Shown here piece by piece: positions 1 to 13,700 of a stretch of 64,000 nt of DNA (positions within the stretch are counted from its first letter, which is position 1; each line of letters starts with the position of its first letter). Made by a program: the position numbers and the translations under genes. The notes under the pieces were generated by a model. That model saw only the letters and a program-made list of their open reading frames with translations, was not told the origin of the DNA and ran no database searches. Source of the DNA: Tubiluchus corallicola (Eukaryota > Animalia > Priapulida); assembly GCA_030141605.1 (NCBI GenBank), contig JAQGDQ010000018.1:372001-436000 (forward strand). The letters are read 5' to 3'.

Positions 1-1519
1 TTGCGCGCACATACAACTCAGCAAACCCCAATATTATGTCACTAAACACTTGCCCACTTTGGTGATGGACTGTCATTCATTATTATGCATTGTCGGATCT
101 CGTATATGTGCCAGAATGGCGTATGCAACCCCAACTTGCTATTCACGTTTCACGGAAATTCTGATAATGAAGATTATTAAAGTGACACATGCTATTACAT
201 GATTAGTAATGGATTATTGATTATTGATAACAGATTACTGATTAGCAAAAGGCTGCCAGCAAGATTTACTATTAAGAACTGCGTCTGTGTAAGGTTTTTT
301 AATTTAAACAGCATAGTTCCACATAGTTTGCCTGTTCCAAATTGTTCTTCAATTTTTCCAAAATTTCTCTCACACTTTGCTTTTTTAACATCTTAACGCT
401 TAACATTTGCTTTGTTAGTTATAAAAAGAGTGGCTGTCTTACTGAAAAGAAAGTTAATAAGAAGTTGCTGCTGACGCGCTTCTGTGTTTTTGTGTGAGAA
501 CTCTTTCGTCTTGCAACAGCCAGTGCCTCTCAATGATATTTGCACTGAGTATTGAAGACAAATTCAATGTGAACTGGAGTTGACAGCATATTGACGCATC
601 ATCGCAGAACTTGTGACGTGTAATATGAACCTTAAATGGTAATAAAGCCTAAAACGTCAGTAACAACCCTTGTTCGTGACTCGTATGTGAACGCAGAATT
701 TTTTGGACAAACAAGTTACACTGAGTTACTGTAAACGGCAGTGCGCAAGAACTACTTGGGATGACATTAGCTAACGATGAATGACTTGGACACAGAAAAG
801 AGAAATTTTTGATTGTTTAAAGCTGGTAAAATTTCAAAAATCTACTCAAGCTAATTTACCGGTTCACAGACTTAAATAATGATAGGCAAGACGTGGTGTA
901 GTATATGAATTCTCGCAAAAATTCTTTCATTTAACGCTGAAAAGTGATAAACTTATTATTATTGCGCATGTGCTATGTAGTTTTGTAACTCAAGCAACAG
1001 TTAGGTCTAAACGGATAAAAAACTTTGCACAACGCCTTTTTCAAGGCTAATACCAACAGATAAATAGGGTTTTTGATTCACCACTTTGCAGCACAGCACA
1101 CATGTAAAGTTTACATGCCTAGATACTTGCGTGACTGTGTGAGTCTAACACAGGATCGAACTGAATTAATGAAACTAACCTGACCAACTTTAGCTATTTG
1201 TCGTTTGTAATGTTGGCATTTAATAGTCTTTATTGAAATAGTCCTCAAACTAAAAATTCGTAGTTTAACCTGTTGAATTAGGTAAATAACGGCATATATG
1301 TCTCACTCCCGCGTTATCAATAAAGTTTAAGAGCTTTAACGTATGCCAATTTTGTACATAGGATAATGTTAAGCAGAATTAAGACCAACCCCATAATTCT
1401 ACTGACGGACGGCACGCACACTGCATTTATGCTAGGTAAGACTATGTTTGAGTTATGCAATAGCACTTTGAGTTTGTATTTTGAAGGCCAGATTAGGCAG
1501 AGATGATAGCTGCATTCCA

Positions 1520-1710
1520 GCGTTGATACTTACCTGTTGCTGATTACATTTTCCTGACACTGATGATACATAACCTGTTAAAGATTATACTTACCAGTTG
1601 TCGATGATATCTGCTGCTGATGATACTTACCCGTATTTATCCGACGTTGATGATACTGCCGTTGGTGCTTCCATGCTGTGATTATGAGATTGGTGATCCT
1701 TACCTTGTGA
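1520..1710. repeat. Degenerate ~20-bp tandem repeat (TGATGATACTTACCTGTTGC-like)
   Basis: About 7 imperfect units; ATACTTACCTG at 1526-1536. Confidence 0.65.
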
Positions 1711-4700
1711 CGAGTGCAGGAGTTCGAAAGTTACTCTGTTTTGGCGTCACATAAGTGGAGGCGAGGACGTCATCAGGAGTCGTCAAAGTTTGGAGACGTC
1801 GGATCGTAATCGGATCCATGAAGAGGTAGTGTGGCCAACCGTTCTATGGTGCACCATTTCTCGACGAAGCCCCCTGGTGAGGAGTCAGAAAGATGACGCA
1901 GGATGGGAGCAGGAGAAAGGTCGCTTGATGATGCCAAGACAGGACTGGTGAAAAACGTTACGTTTTCCTTTTTTTCTTAGCCGGCTTAATCTCTATTATT
2001 AATATTTGTCTTGTAATGTATTTCGAGATATTCATTAAATTGCTGTATTATTTTATTAATTCAGTGGTTTTTTCCCAGTGTTTTCGACTCAGTGCTTTAT
2101 TCCTTACTTAAGGGTTACACTTAAGTCACGAACCACCCATTTGCAATAGCGAAAATTTGACTATGTCATCACACCGAACACAGCTATTTGCATACGTCAG
2201 AAACTAACCTCAGTTTGTGCAATGGTAGGCGTCTTCTCTTGCGCGTCAAGCACGTTTGTGTAAGTATTGTAGTTTTCAATATTTTAGAGCATTCTTTATT
2301 CTGTTTACACAATCATCCGGTTTTCCTTTAATGGTAGTCTTTTAAAATTCTCATTTAAAGGGCGTTGGCATGTAGATAGTGATCATTTTGCTATTATTGC
2401 TGTACCTGGCATTTTAAAAGATTTCGGTGGATTAAAAGACGGTCCGTGGACTAAAAATATATGACGTAAAGCATTAGATATTCTTGAGAGCAGGTACATA
2501 TCATTCAAAATTCATGAATTTTTCAACTTTCATATTACTGTTTTGAAAAGTTATTCTGCCTAAGACTTATTGCCACTGCTTATAAGATAATTCACAAATT
2601 TCGTTATTCCTTTGGCAGTCACACTCGCATTTAAGGTAAAATCTGCTCAAATCGTTGGTAAATGGCCTAGTTAATCTATAGAAGTTCATGGCTTCTTGTC
2701 CAGTAAGTTCATTTAACAACGATGTTAAACAAACTTCAAACTTGTTTAAAAGGTTAATGTTGATTCATGCTAAAAACTGATTCAAGTTTACAGGAGTTCG
2801 CTATAACATTTTTAACACAGCTCAACTTTAATTAGTAAAAGTTAGAACTTCTATTATTAAGCTTGGGAAAGCATCCGATATGGAGAGTTTCTGCACTGAT
2901 TTCTCGCTTAAAATGCGTGCAAAGTAGTAAGTAATCACAACAAATTCAAGTACACAAGAACCTGCATAAAACTACAGTTCCACAAGCATTACTTGAAAAA
3001 CTTGCTTTACGTCTTCTACATGCACATCTTTTCCCCGGCCAGTTAATGTACACAAATAAACGCATAATATATATAAATGTAGTTTGGTTAACAATGACTA
3101 CCGATTAAGACTAATTCTACACAAGGTCTTACTGTAATCGTGCGTCGTTTTTCTTACGTTTTCCGAAAGCAAAAACGCCATTTAGGTCAAAATTTTCATG
3201 AAGTGGCGTGTTCTTTGTTTTGTTTTTTTGTAATTAACGTTTTTATCCAAAAATGTCACTAGCTATTATAATGCAGTAACGATGCAAGCAGAAATTTCTT
3301 CCTTCGTAACGCACTTGCTATGTAGCACTTTAAGATGAGGCAAGTTATCTACCTGGTTTTTGCAAACCCCAAGGGAATACTCATATTTTTGGTAATATCT
3401 AAAAAAAATCAAGTTTGTTTTTTATCACATTTCATTGTAGAAGTAATTTGTAGATTAGCTTTGGAAGAAGCTATAACAAACTATTTCTTATTAATTTTTG
3501 ATTAAACATTTTTTAGTTGGCTCTCTTTTGCAGTCAGTCATTTCTCTGCTTTCTGTTATTGCCTGCATGGTCTTCTTCATTCTTTCTCAGTATTCCGTGT
3601 GCAAACATGCGACAACTTAGCGTATTTCATAATGCAAATAATATGCAATTATGTAGTCTGCCATCACACACGATCATAAACCAATCGAAATAGCCATCAT
3701 ATTATGTTGAATCGATACCATTCCAGTAATAGCAAAGCAATATGTATTTGCTAAATTTTCCCAACTGCAGACTTGCAGTGTTTAGACCAATGCAGTTATT
3801 ATGGATGCAAAGCGTAGAAGATTGTCGATTCTTGCTTGCTAAAAATTTGCTAAGCTTGAAACGGGTAAGAACTAACAGTAATACAGAAAATATAAAGGAC
3901 TTTGTGTAGGACCATCAAAAACAATAAGCAAGCTGGTTACATAGAAAGCAAGAAGGTGAAGGACGCAATTTTAACAAAAAAAGAAACAAAAAATTAGACT
4001 TATTATTTAAATAATACGTTTTTCTGTTTTAATGAAAGGATTCTGAGATATTTAACTCAGGTAACTCAAGCCACATGTATTTTTATTCATCTGTTGCATG
4101 TAGTCAGTAGGAGACATCTAATTCTTTTTAGGTCACTGAGATTTAAATACACGTATTTGCTTAATGTATTTCTTACACACAGTTAAATGGTAAAGAGATC
4201 ACGTTTCTTTACTTAATACCGATCGATCGAATTCGCACCAAGCATTTAACCAAATATGAGGTCACACAGTTGGCTTTTCCCTTTAATTCTTAATGGGTCG
4301 ACTTGGCTTCCTTGGGAATTACAAGGAGCCAGACGAAAAGAGATGCTATTATGTAGAGACGCCATGTCTGAGTTTATGTGGCACTGGTTCAGCGGCATTT
4401 ATAATAAATAACAGCAATACTATAGAATTATAGAACTATAAGAACGCTACAACATATGTAGGTGTTCCTTTAGTTGCGAGTGCAAGAGATTGCGGGTACC
4501 GGGATTGCGGCGTTCAGGTCGTATTACCGAGGTAGTGGACCAGTGGACTGGGACCAAGGAAACAAAGCCAAACATGCGCGTACATGCACGCAGTGTTTTA
4601 ACATTCAACCCTACATAAAAAACGCTCGCAATTTCGTTAAGTTTCTTTTGAATTTTATAGTAGTTTTTTCAGTATTATTGTAAACACTGATTTTATTCGC

Positions 4701-7700
4701 AGTTTCATTGATTACTAAAAAAATTTCGGTGTTCTCACTCACCCATAATCACAGATTTAGTTTAATCAACAACCAAGCTCAGATTAAGTAGAAGAAAATA
4801 TTGAAATTGAGACCTATATGTTGTTCATAGTTCTACTTGACTATTTGCCAGCCTTTAGGCTTCGGCGCATTACAGCCAGAAATGGCCAAATATTCTTCTA
4901 GCGCTAATGTGTAAAACATGGCATTTGCACCCATAAAAATTGCATAGTGAAATGCAATTTAAAAAAATTATGCCGTTACGTACAATCACTGACTTCTTTT
5001 TCGCTTACTTTGCTGTGTAAAAAGTCATACTAGGTCGAACCAGGCCATTCGCCATAAAAGTTCGACTTGTTTTTATGCATTTTGGTTTTATTTAACCGAA
5101 TATTATGGTCAAAGTATCAGACACATGGATGCAATGCCAACAATGAATAATTTAATTAATCCTTACATCAATGTGTAATAAAATTAAAATTTGCTATCGG
5201 TCGGAAAAGGTTAAATTGCATGGAATATTTAATAATAGTCAAATATTTGTTTAGAATTAAATAAATCGTGTGAAAATGTCAACAATGCTGCTGTAGATGT
5301 GATATTCGTCTAGAAAAGATCTAGGACTAAATTAAATTCGGTTATACAAACGCAAATGATCCTGATATGATTTCGCGACAAAAGAAGCACAACGCTTTGT
5401 CTTTATTTTAAATTCCTCATATTTATGAGCCTGTGGCAGCAACATTAGGCCTATTTCCATGTAACAGCCAATTCCCAGCTACAGCGTTCCTTTTGCTTGA
5501 CGAATAGTAAATTTTGACGATTAGTAAATTTGCTTAATATAAAGTCATGGATAAAAAAAATCACGTTGTGCAGCAGAATTATTTGCGAACAGTCTCATTT
5601 GAGTAGTGTTTATTGCATGCACATAGCGTTTATAGCATTTAGCTAATGCAGGCACGTTATACGCTGTCTTTGCCAATATAAAGTCGATGCAATAGTTTTG
5701 AGAGCATGCTGTTTATAAATACAAAACCTTAAACTCACCAACAAAAAGCAGCAAGTTTATCGTGGCTGTCCATGAATCCAGCAGATCGAATTTGATTATA
5801 AGAGTTTATTTAATAAGTTAATATTTTATATTATCAACAGTCTGCTCCTAGTTTGCGGTATTACACTTAGTGCACTGACAAACACTAATGCAGTCAACGA
5901 TAAAGTGGGCCAGTACTGCCAGTCATTAACCGTAATGAAAGTAACTTGGTACAAATTGCCACATAGGATTGAATATGCACTTATCAACAAAAATTTGCAA
6001 AAACTAATAACTTGAACATTAATTTTTTACACATACATGTAGCACAGAATATTCACATAGCTGCTTCTGGATAAAATAACTTTACCGCTTGTTAACACTG
6101 TCCTAGTTGACAATAGTTCGCAAAGAATTTGTACTGGAGTTCACTATCTGAATCAGTGGGATATGACAGCACACATTTACCAGAGAGTATTACGCGCATC
6201 TCTTGGAAGCCAACTATTTGCATTTATTGATCACGCAAACTGGTTGACAGCGGGACCATTTTCGTGGTACGGGTAACACAGAATCAGAACCATGTAAACT
6301 TTCTTCCCCAAGTTCACTGTGGTAAATATGGTTTGTATAAAGTGAATTTATAGCCGATTACTGGATTTTATGGACCTAAAAACCTATCTGCAATATTATT
6401 ATTATTTAATTTCACTAGACATCTTTAAAATTGAATAATCAATTAATAAAAAACGTTCTAACGCGAGACCGAATTTTAAAGTTACTCGTAAAACAAGGAA
6501 AAACATTTTTCAAAGTACTTAATTTCCTACCCAGTGAAACTGACATTGACAAAAGCATACATTAATATAGAAGATATTAAGACACTAAATGTGAGTCAAT
6601 ACTGCGCTTGAACATAGAAGTCTAGAAATCAGTAATTGAAATACAGAAATTTCGTTTAACTAATTTCATTTGCATCAAAATAATTTTGCAATGAAGGAAA
6701 ATGTACAAAAGCGTGTTGCTGTATCTTATCTTCCTTACAATAATTATTATAATGTGCCAGTTTTAACTCTGTAATGTACTCTTATCTAAAGCCTAGTCTA
6801 AGCTGTACTTGCAGTTGTGGAGCTCAGTGAAATTCAGCTTTGTCAGAATGAAGCTACATTATCCACTTTTCCAGTATAGCATCTTCCCCACTTAGTTTGA
6901 TTATAATGAACGACGACATATTTTCTCCTTACAACAATTAAGTTAGCAGACAGATGGTAAGCAGGGCGGTGCAAGCCCAAATTCAAATGCCTCAAACATG
7001 CCTTAGTATTGAGATAAAAGTTAAAAGAATGTTTTCGAATTACATATGATTTAATGATGATCTCAGTAAAACCTCTGCATAAATTTATGAAGAGGTGTCA
7101 TGGTGAAAACCAGAAGGATATAAGACTAGTAGGCCTACGTTTAACACATGCAAATTTAAAAAAACATTGTACTAAGTATTGATACATTACAATAATACAT
7201 GTACATTTTATCGCCCATTTTTCAGATTTTTGTTTTTGTTTAAGCAAGGCTTTGGATTTCAACATGCCAGCCATTGCTGTTGTGTGATTACGCAGCAGCA
7301 ATGCATTGCGAATACAAATCAGTTCCATGCCAGCAACATGTGATACCTCGAGTTAAAGTGTTTGCTCTTTGTTCACTAATCGTATTTACTCAATACAAAG
7401 AAAACACATTTGAGGAGTTACACATCAGAGAAAGCGTTTCAGCTAGAAACAATTAATGCCATACGTCTAACTTTACTGTTTTTTGCAAACCCTGTATTGC
7501 TTACCGTTTGAAAACTTTTCTGTTATTGATACACAAGAAACCCAAATTGTGTTTTCTAATAGGAAAGCAAATCTGGGTATTAAATTTGTGCAAAATTAGA
7601 CTTTAACCTTTCTTATACTTCAGTATAAAATACTTAAGGCATTTAGCATTTTGGCATTTAGCAATATACTAAATTTATTTAAAACCATATATTCATGACG

Positions 7701-9584
7701 TTTCGGCCAGTGCGGAACACCTTATAACTAACTTCCGTAAACCCTACAATTTCTAAATATGGTGCAAAGTTGTCTAGTTTTACTAATTATTTTATAGTTC
7801 ACAGTGTTTTACATTTTAAACTGTATTTTTGTAGTACATTTATCTCAACTGAAGATTTTCTATGACAGTCGAAATGGCGTTGTCGTCTATTATTTTAACA
7901 GCACTACCACAAAACCACACGGGCAAATCAGAAAGAGATTTTCAGTTATTTTGTGAAGTTCTGTAACGGGTAAACAATGCAATAACAAGGCTGTATCATC
8001 ATGTAAAAATAAAGGTGCAATAGCGGCGAAAAGGCAAAGAGGGTATGTGTAGACAGGGTTTAAATTGATAATGAGCGTATATGCAACCTATATGTGAGCA
8101 CAGTCAGCCACACAAAATTGCTACGAAAGGCTGCTATGTCTCAAACGCATTTTATTGTTAATGAAGTGAGAAAACTTTGGTCGGTTTTACAAGTTCTGCA
8201 CTTAGTACACACAGCAAAGTTTAATTGCAAACACTGGAGCTCACAAGTAATGAAACCCTAGTTCTACTCCACGAATGATTGATTTCAGAATTTCACCATA
8301 CACAAGAAGCCATCGGGAAGCCAATATTACACTCATTCGAGGAAGATTACTTGTGGAAATGTTGGAACTAGATAAGACCACACATGAAGGAAATATAAAA
8401 CTGTGCTCAGCTTGCGTATGATTGTTGAACTCCTTAATCAGACATGCCAAAGACATCTGCATTGTTTTAGATGCAAACTTGCACAATATTGGCCATGTTC
8501 TGGGTTCTACATACGCCACGTATATTGGTTCCACGCACATCCTACTCAAGCTCGTGAAATTTGTTCTTAGTTTTTGAGCTTCTGATCGATATCATTTCAA
8601 GTTATTTACTTTACTGCATGATGAATAATTAGCCATTTGTTTTTTACCGTAGCATATTTTTACGACGTTTCTGTGTGGGCTCGTGTGTAATAGGGAATAA
8701 GAATGTTGTTGTACTTTTTATAAAATATAAAAAAAATGTTTGGTTCACCAACGGAGTTCTGATATACATGTAAAGAGCTAATGAAGCTAAGCGAGTATAA
8801 CACTGCTAGGATATAACACACAAGTCTATCTATCGTTACCCCTTAAAGACAATGATTTATTTGAAGTATAACGACTATAGTAACATACGAGTGTGTTTGC
8901 TTTGCGTCATTTCGCTGGACAAAATTGTCATAGTTAGGTAAGTTGGATACATATGTAAATCATCAGGGCGAAATAAAAGTAAAAAAACACATAGCAAGTG
9001 AAGAAGTTATGTGCGTGTAATAGCCCATAATTAGTTTTTTCTTAGTATTGTCTTAGTTTTACTGTCGTTTTACTTATTATAGGTCTACAATTCATTGCAG
9101 TTTTATAAAAAAAAAACTGCACGGCTAGGCTTATGTAACTGTAATTGGCGACGCGCGTGCATCACTGTATCAACGTTAATCTGACGTTTGACATGCGGAC
9201 AATTTGTCAAGCTAGTCGATATCTCATATGTAGAACAGGACCACATTTAATTATTTCAAATTATCAGCTAAACAAGGATTATCTGCTTCACTTCCCTGAA
9301 TTAGTGTGAATACTTAGCGAAAACGCACATCCCCTTGTGCTCGAAAGACTCTAAAAAGGCTTTGCAATTTTTATTTATTTATTAGATATACTAAGTTTTA
9401 TTAACTAATTTTAGTCACATCATTCGGCAATATGTCTATTGCGTTACGTGAGTCGTTTGTAATGGTGAGCAATGAAAGCAAAAGTGCGAATGTTCGAATC
9501 GAATTCGAAAGTTCGAATTCGACTGGAACGAGTTTTCTTAACCCGAATTCGATTCGAATCTAAAATTATGAATTTGAATAATTT

Positions 9585-10778
9585 GGTGGGCGGTAAAAAT
9601 GGCACGGTAAAAATAACACACGAAAAAATGGTACAGGAAAAAATGCCACGGTAAAAATGGCACATTAAAAAATGGCACAAATGGAAAAGTAGGCAAAGTG
9701 GCACATATGTTATTTTAATGCAATTGATTTCTATAAAAAACTAGAATGTGCTCAGTAGGAAGCAGATCTCTTCCAAAGTCGAATAATCGTAAACTTATTC
9801 GTCTGATTCTTTTGATTGAAAAAATTTAACACAATATAGACAAGCAAACATACAAAAATGTACATGTATTGGTATTATATCGACTAGCAAAAGTCTCACA
9901 AAATATTTATTCGCTAAATGGGTTTATAATCAATAATGCGTGAATGTTCCACATAGGGTTTATTTAGCTTTTTCGCTATTAATTTTTAGTGGTGGCAATA
10001 GACTGACAAATATATACATACCATGTCACCTTATAAGGCTATTACACATTAATAAGCAAAGGTTATAGACTGCGCTACACAGTTTTGCAAGCGAGAATTT
10101 CTCAAAATCGAACTGTAACTGTAACTCGTAGTACGTTATTTGTCCAGGTGGAGATAACAAAAAGAAGTATTAAACACCTATCTGAGACCTCCATGAAGTG
10201 CTTCACGTTTTTTTGTACGTGGTGTTCGGTTAAGTTTTACGAACCGGCGAAAAGATGCTCATTTTGGCATTCTATACCTTTCTTCACAAAGTTTCTTGGA
10301 AATCTGTTAGATCGTTTTTACGTAATAGGCTTACTGCCATAACAGGCGAAAAACAATCAAGCAAAGAGACAAACAAACTGTGTTGAGGCATAACTTCCTT
10401 GGCAGAGGTAGAAATAACTAAAATAATTATACTTCATTGTAATCCTAACCCTAAGCACACATTACTAATGTGTCATTTTGTCCTGCGCTATTTTTACCTG
10501 CGCCATTTTTACCCGCTTTTCTATTTGCGCCAATTTTCCCGTGCCATTTTACCTACTTTTCCATCTGTGCCATTTTTTCTTGTATTATTTTTACCTGTGC
10601 CATTTTTACCTACTTTTCCATCTGTGCCATTTTTTTCTATGCCATTTTTACCGTGCAATTTTTTCCTGTGCCATTTTACCTACTTTTCCATTTGCGTTAT
10701 TTTTCTCTGTGCCAATTTTACCATGCCATTTTTCCCGTGCCATTTTACCTGTGCCATTTTTACCTACACAATTACCTC
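9585..10778. mobile_element. Non-autonomous Mutator/foldback-like element
   Basis: 9-bp direct repeat GAATAATTT at 9576-9584 and 10779-10787; G...C termini; inverted arrays of ~15-bp GGTAAAAATGGCAC units at 9590-9705 and 10468-10766. Confidence 0.8.
9741..10410 (-). mobile_element. Helentron-associated (HINE/DINE-1-like) non-autonomous element
   Basis: Minus strand starts TACCTCTGCCAAGGAAGTTATG and has a GTTT/GTCT microsatellite, a 9/12 subterminal inverted copy at 9766-9777, a short hairpin and a CTAG-TTTT end. Confidence 0.6.
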
Positions 10779-13700
10779 GAATAATTTATCACTTCCAACT
10801 CATACGTTCTTCATTATTAAAACGTTTGAAACATCATGCAATCAGCACAATTTTAGCTGCGAATTCAGAACACAGTTTTTAAACAAATTATTATTGTTTT
10901 TGCTGTAAAACAAAATCAATCAATGTCTAAGCCTAATCTCTTCGATGCTGTTTTTTATTAATGATTCGAAAATTTATTCAAAAGTCTTTAAAACTGAACG
11001 CGATTCTATTCGAATTCGCTTTGCGACAGAAAATGCTCACCCTTAGTCGTTTGACAATAGTTATCGTTCGAAATTAGTAAAATATATCAATACCCCATGC
11101 ATTCAACCACCCATGCACTTAACTACCCTAAGTATTTCACACTGATCCACGCGCACTAAAAATGTAAAATAAATTTGTTTTTGTTTTCAAAACTTAACCC
11201 ACAGAAAACAACTTATCGTGGCGTATCAACTAAAATAACAGATTAAAACAACATCAGGGAAAACGCACAAATGTTTAAATTTCGCATATTTGTGATTTCT
11301 AGGATTTTCTTTCCAAAACATTAAAGTTTGACCTACATCAGCTGGTTTACTGGCAATTTCATAACATAATAGTGCATTTAAATCCGAGGTGCTTGCAAGC
11401 TTTGCTGTCTATTTTTCTCAGTCTTTGCTACAACTCCAGAAAGGAAGTTAACTCAAAATTAAAGATAATCGCTTAATCAACAAATTATCTGTAATTCTAA
11501 GTTGAACAGTTGCAGCAGAGATATAATTATTGCATTTTTACTCACATTTAGACTTATGTCTTCTGCTGTGACGTCACTTAGGAAATATCAAAGCTCTCGG
11601 TCTCTTTTAGTTATTCAATAAAAGTCTTTGGTATTTTTGTTATTTTTGATTGTTCACCATTGTTGCTATTTTCCATATAAAGTTAAATAATAGCTTTAGA
11701 GTACTTATATAATTAATCGACTTTTATTACTATGCAGTACTATAATCAGTAAACTAATAGTGCACGCATTGTAGTAAGTTTACGAATTTCATAAGTTCTA
11801 TAAGAAGACTTTGCAGGTATTTTCTATTGAAAAAATTTGCCTTCAAAATGCGATGATTCATTCAAATTGGCGAGCTTTTCTAAAACGTACTACATTGAAA
11901 AAAAACTGAGTTTCCTGGACTACGAGTTTCAAGCTGATGAAATTTGGTGCAGTGTACAGACATCACAGAATCTTGCCAAAGTTATTGAAATTTTTATACG
12001 GCAGAACAACCACTGGAATCTCTGATGACGACTCACACAATTCAACTCGTTTTGTCACGAACTTTCAAGTAAGTTACTGAATTTGCAAGGCCTTTGCAAT
12101 TTTTTACGTGCCTTTTCAAAGGCGAAATTTCCAACCCGTAATTTTGTAATATTACAACGCACCGGTGCTTACCCATCTAAAAATGATTAAGAATTGATAA
12201 GAATTTTAAGAATTTGATATATTTTAAGTTACACGGTCATAATCAGTACAAAATACACCGAGGCGAAAATAGGCCTATATTTACGACATAGGCCTATTTA
12301 AAGTCAAAAGCAATGCAAAAACTGTGTAATTTTACACTGCATTGCAACAATTGTGTAATAATGTAAGCGACACTGAAGTGAAAGATATTCTAACTAAAAG
12401 ATTTTTTCATAAATGCGGTTATTTACCATTACAGAAGTATTATAAATGGGTTTAGGTTTTTTAAATTTTGCTATACTGTGATGTGAATGTTTTTATGTGT
12501 TGTATATCCTGCATTTTCATGACAATTGAGCCGTTCAATTTCTATATTTGAGCCGTTCAATTTCTACATGAAACGTTTTTTCTTGTCTTCAGTATAACGT
12601 TTGTTTGTTTGTTTGTGATTAACTCGTCAGTATAGTCTCAAAATATTCCACAAGTTGACACTAATAAACGACGCGGTTCTACGTGGAGATAAAGTGGCAA
12701 TTTCCGGACATTTCGCTGTTCTAATACATCATGCAATTATGAATCTTATTAAATTTTAGCGCTGCACACACTTTGCAAAAAACCAAATTGAAAGAAACAA
12801 AACTTTCTCCTGGGTTTAAATTACTAGCGGGTGGGTGTAAATGTCTCTAAAAATTTAATCACTAATGTCCTTCCACAAAAGATGAGAAAATTATTTAGCA
12901 TTATTAAAAATACATAGTCTCAAAAACCTCGTTCACGGTGCAATTGCCGTTGCTCTTCATTGGGGTCAATAAGGTTCTGTCGCTCATTATTTTTTGTAGT
13001 TATTCTCGACTTGTTATATCTTATAAAGGGAGATTTGTCGAAATAGGCTGCAAAATGTAGTCAAACGCTCTCTCTCCTAGTCAAACGCTCGTCTGTAATT
13101 TCTGTTGGCGCTGGCAGTAATTTATTCAGTAACGAAGCATCAGCGCTGTTATGACAGGTAGCGATATTAGTATATCTTCTGAGAGTGCAGGTGGAGCAAA
13201 TAAAGGGAAAAACACAATTCAATCCTTAAACTGAAGTTACTTAGTTGTCACTAAACTGCCGATTGACAGCCAGAAAATGCGGCATTTTGCCGTTATGATA
13301 TCAGAAAGATTGCGCCCTTGTAATTTTAAAGATACACATGATTTATTGTTTGTGCTACGGCTTTAATCCAATGACAGGACATAACAGGGTCACGAAGAAG
13401 GACAGTCAGTGTACACTGTATTTCACAAAATAATCTGACAGGACTATGTTCTTTTTCCCTGGGGTATGGTACACAGCTCTGTAACTACCAAATAGTTGAA
13501 ACACGACCAAAAATAAACAAAGTTAAAAGCTTCAAGGTTGTTGAAAAGCTAGGTCAGTAGCGCTGACTTTGCTATTTTTGAGATAATGCCAAGTAATAGA
13601 ACCGCCCAGGTACTGCCTGCATGAGCTTTTGTCTCTAGAATAATAAAGTTAGATCAAAGACATAATCCTACTTCAAATTCCATTTTGGATTTAAAAATTA

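Larger units (their letters stand above)
9460..11045. mobile_element. Non-autonomous hAT-like DNA transposon (outer element of nested set)
   Basis: 8-bp direct repeat GTCGTTTG at 9452-9459 and 11046-11053; termini TAATGGTGAGCA / revcomp TAAGGGTGAGCA; TTCGAA-rich subterminal repeats at both ends. Confidence 0.8.

Noticed and set aside
1526-1690. U1 snRNA gene
   Set aside because: Only the first 11 nt match; no U1 stem-loops follow and the motif is part of a tandem repeat
1100-2119. Solo LTR ending ...GGGTTACA
   Set aside because: No matching TG start with a target-site duplication could be found
7690-7735. Penelope-type hammerhead on the minus strand (GCCGAAACGTC)
   Set aside because: The CTGANGA half of the core is missing
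9485-9560. Heat-shock element array (GAA/TTC-rich)
   Set aside because: Only two-unit GAAnnTTC matches; explained as transposon subterminal repeats
9444-10908. Overlapping F/C/P-rich ORFs (up to 169 aa)
   Set aside because: Produced by the 15-bp subterminal repeat arrays of the foldback element
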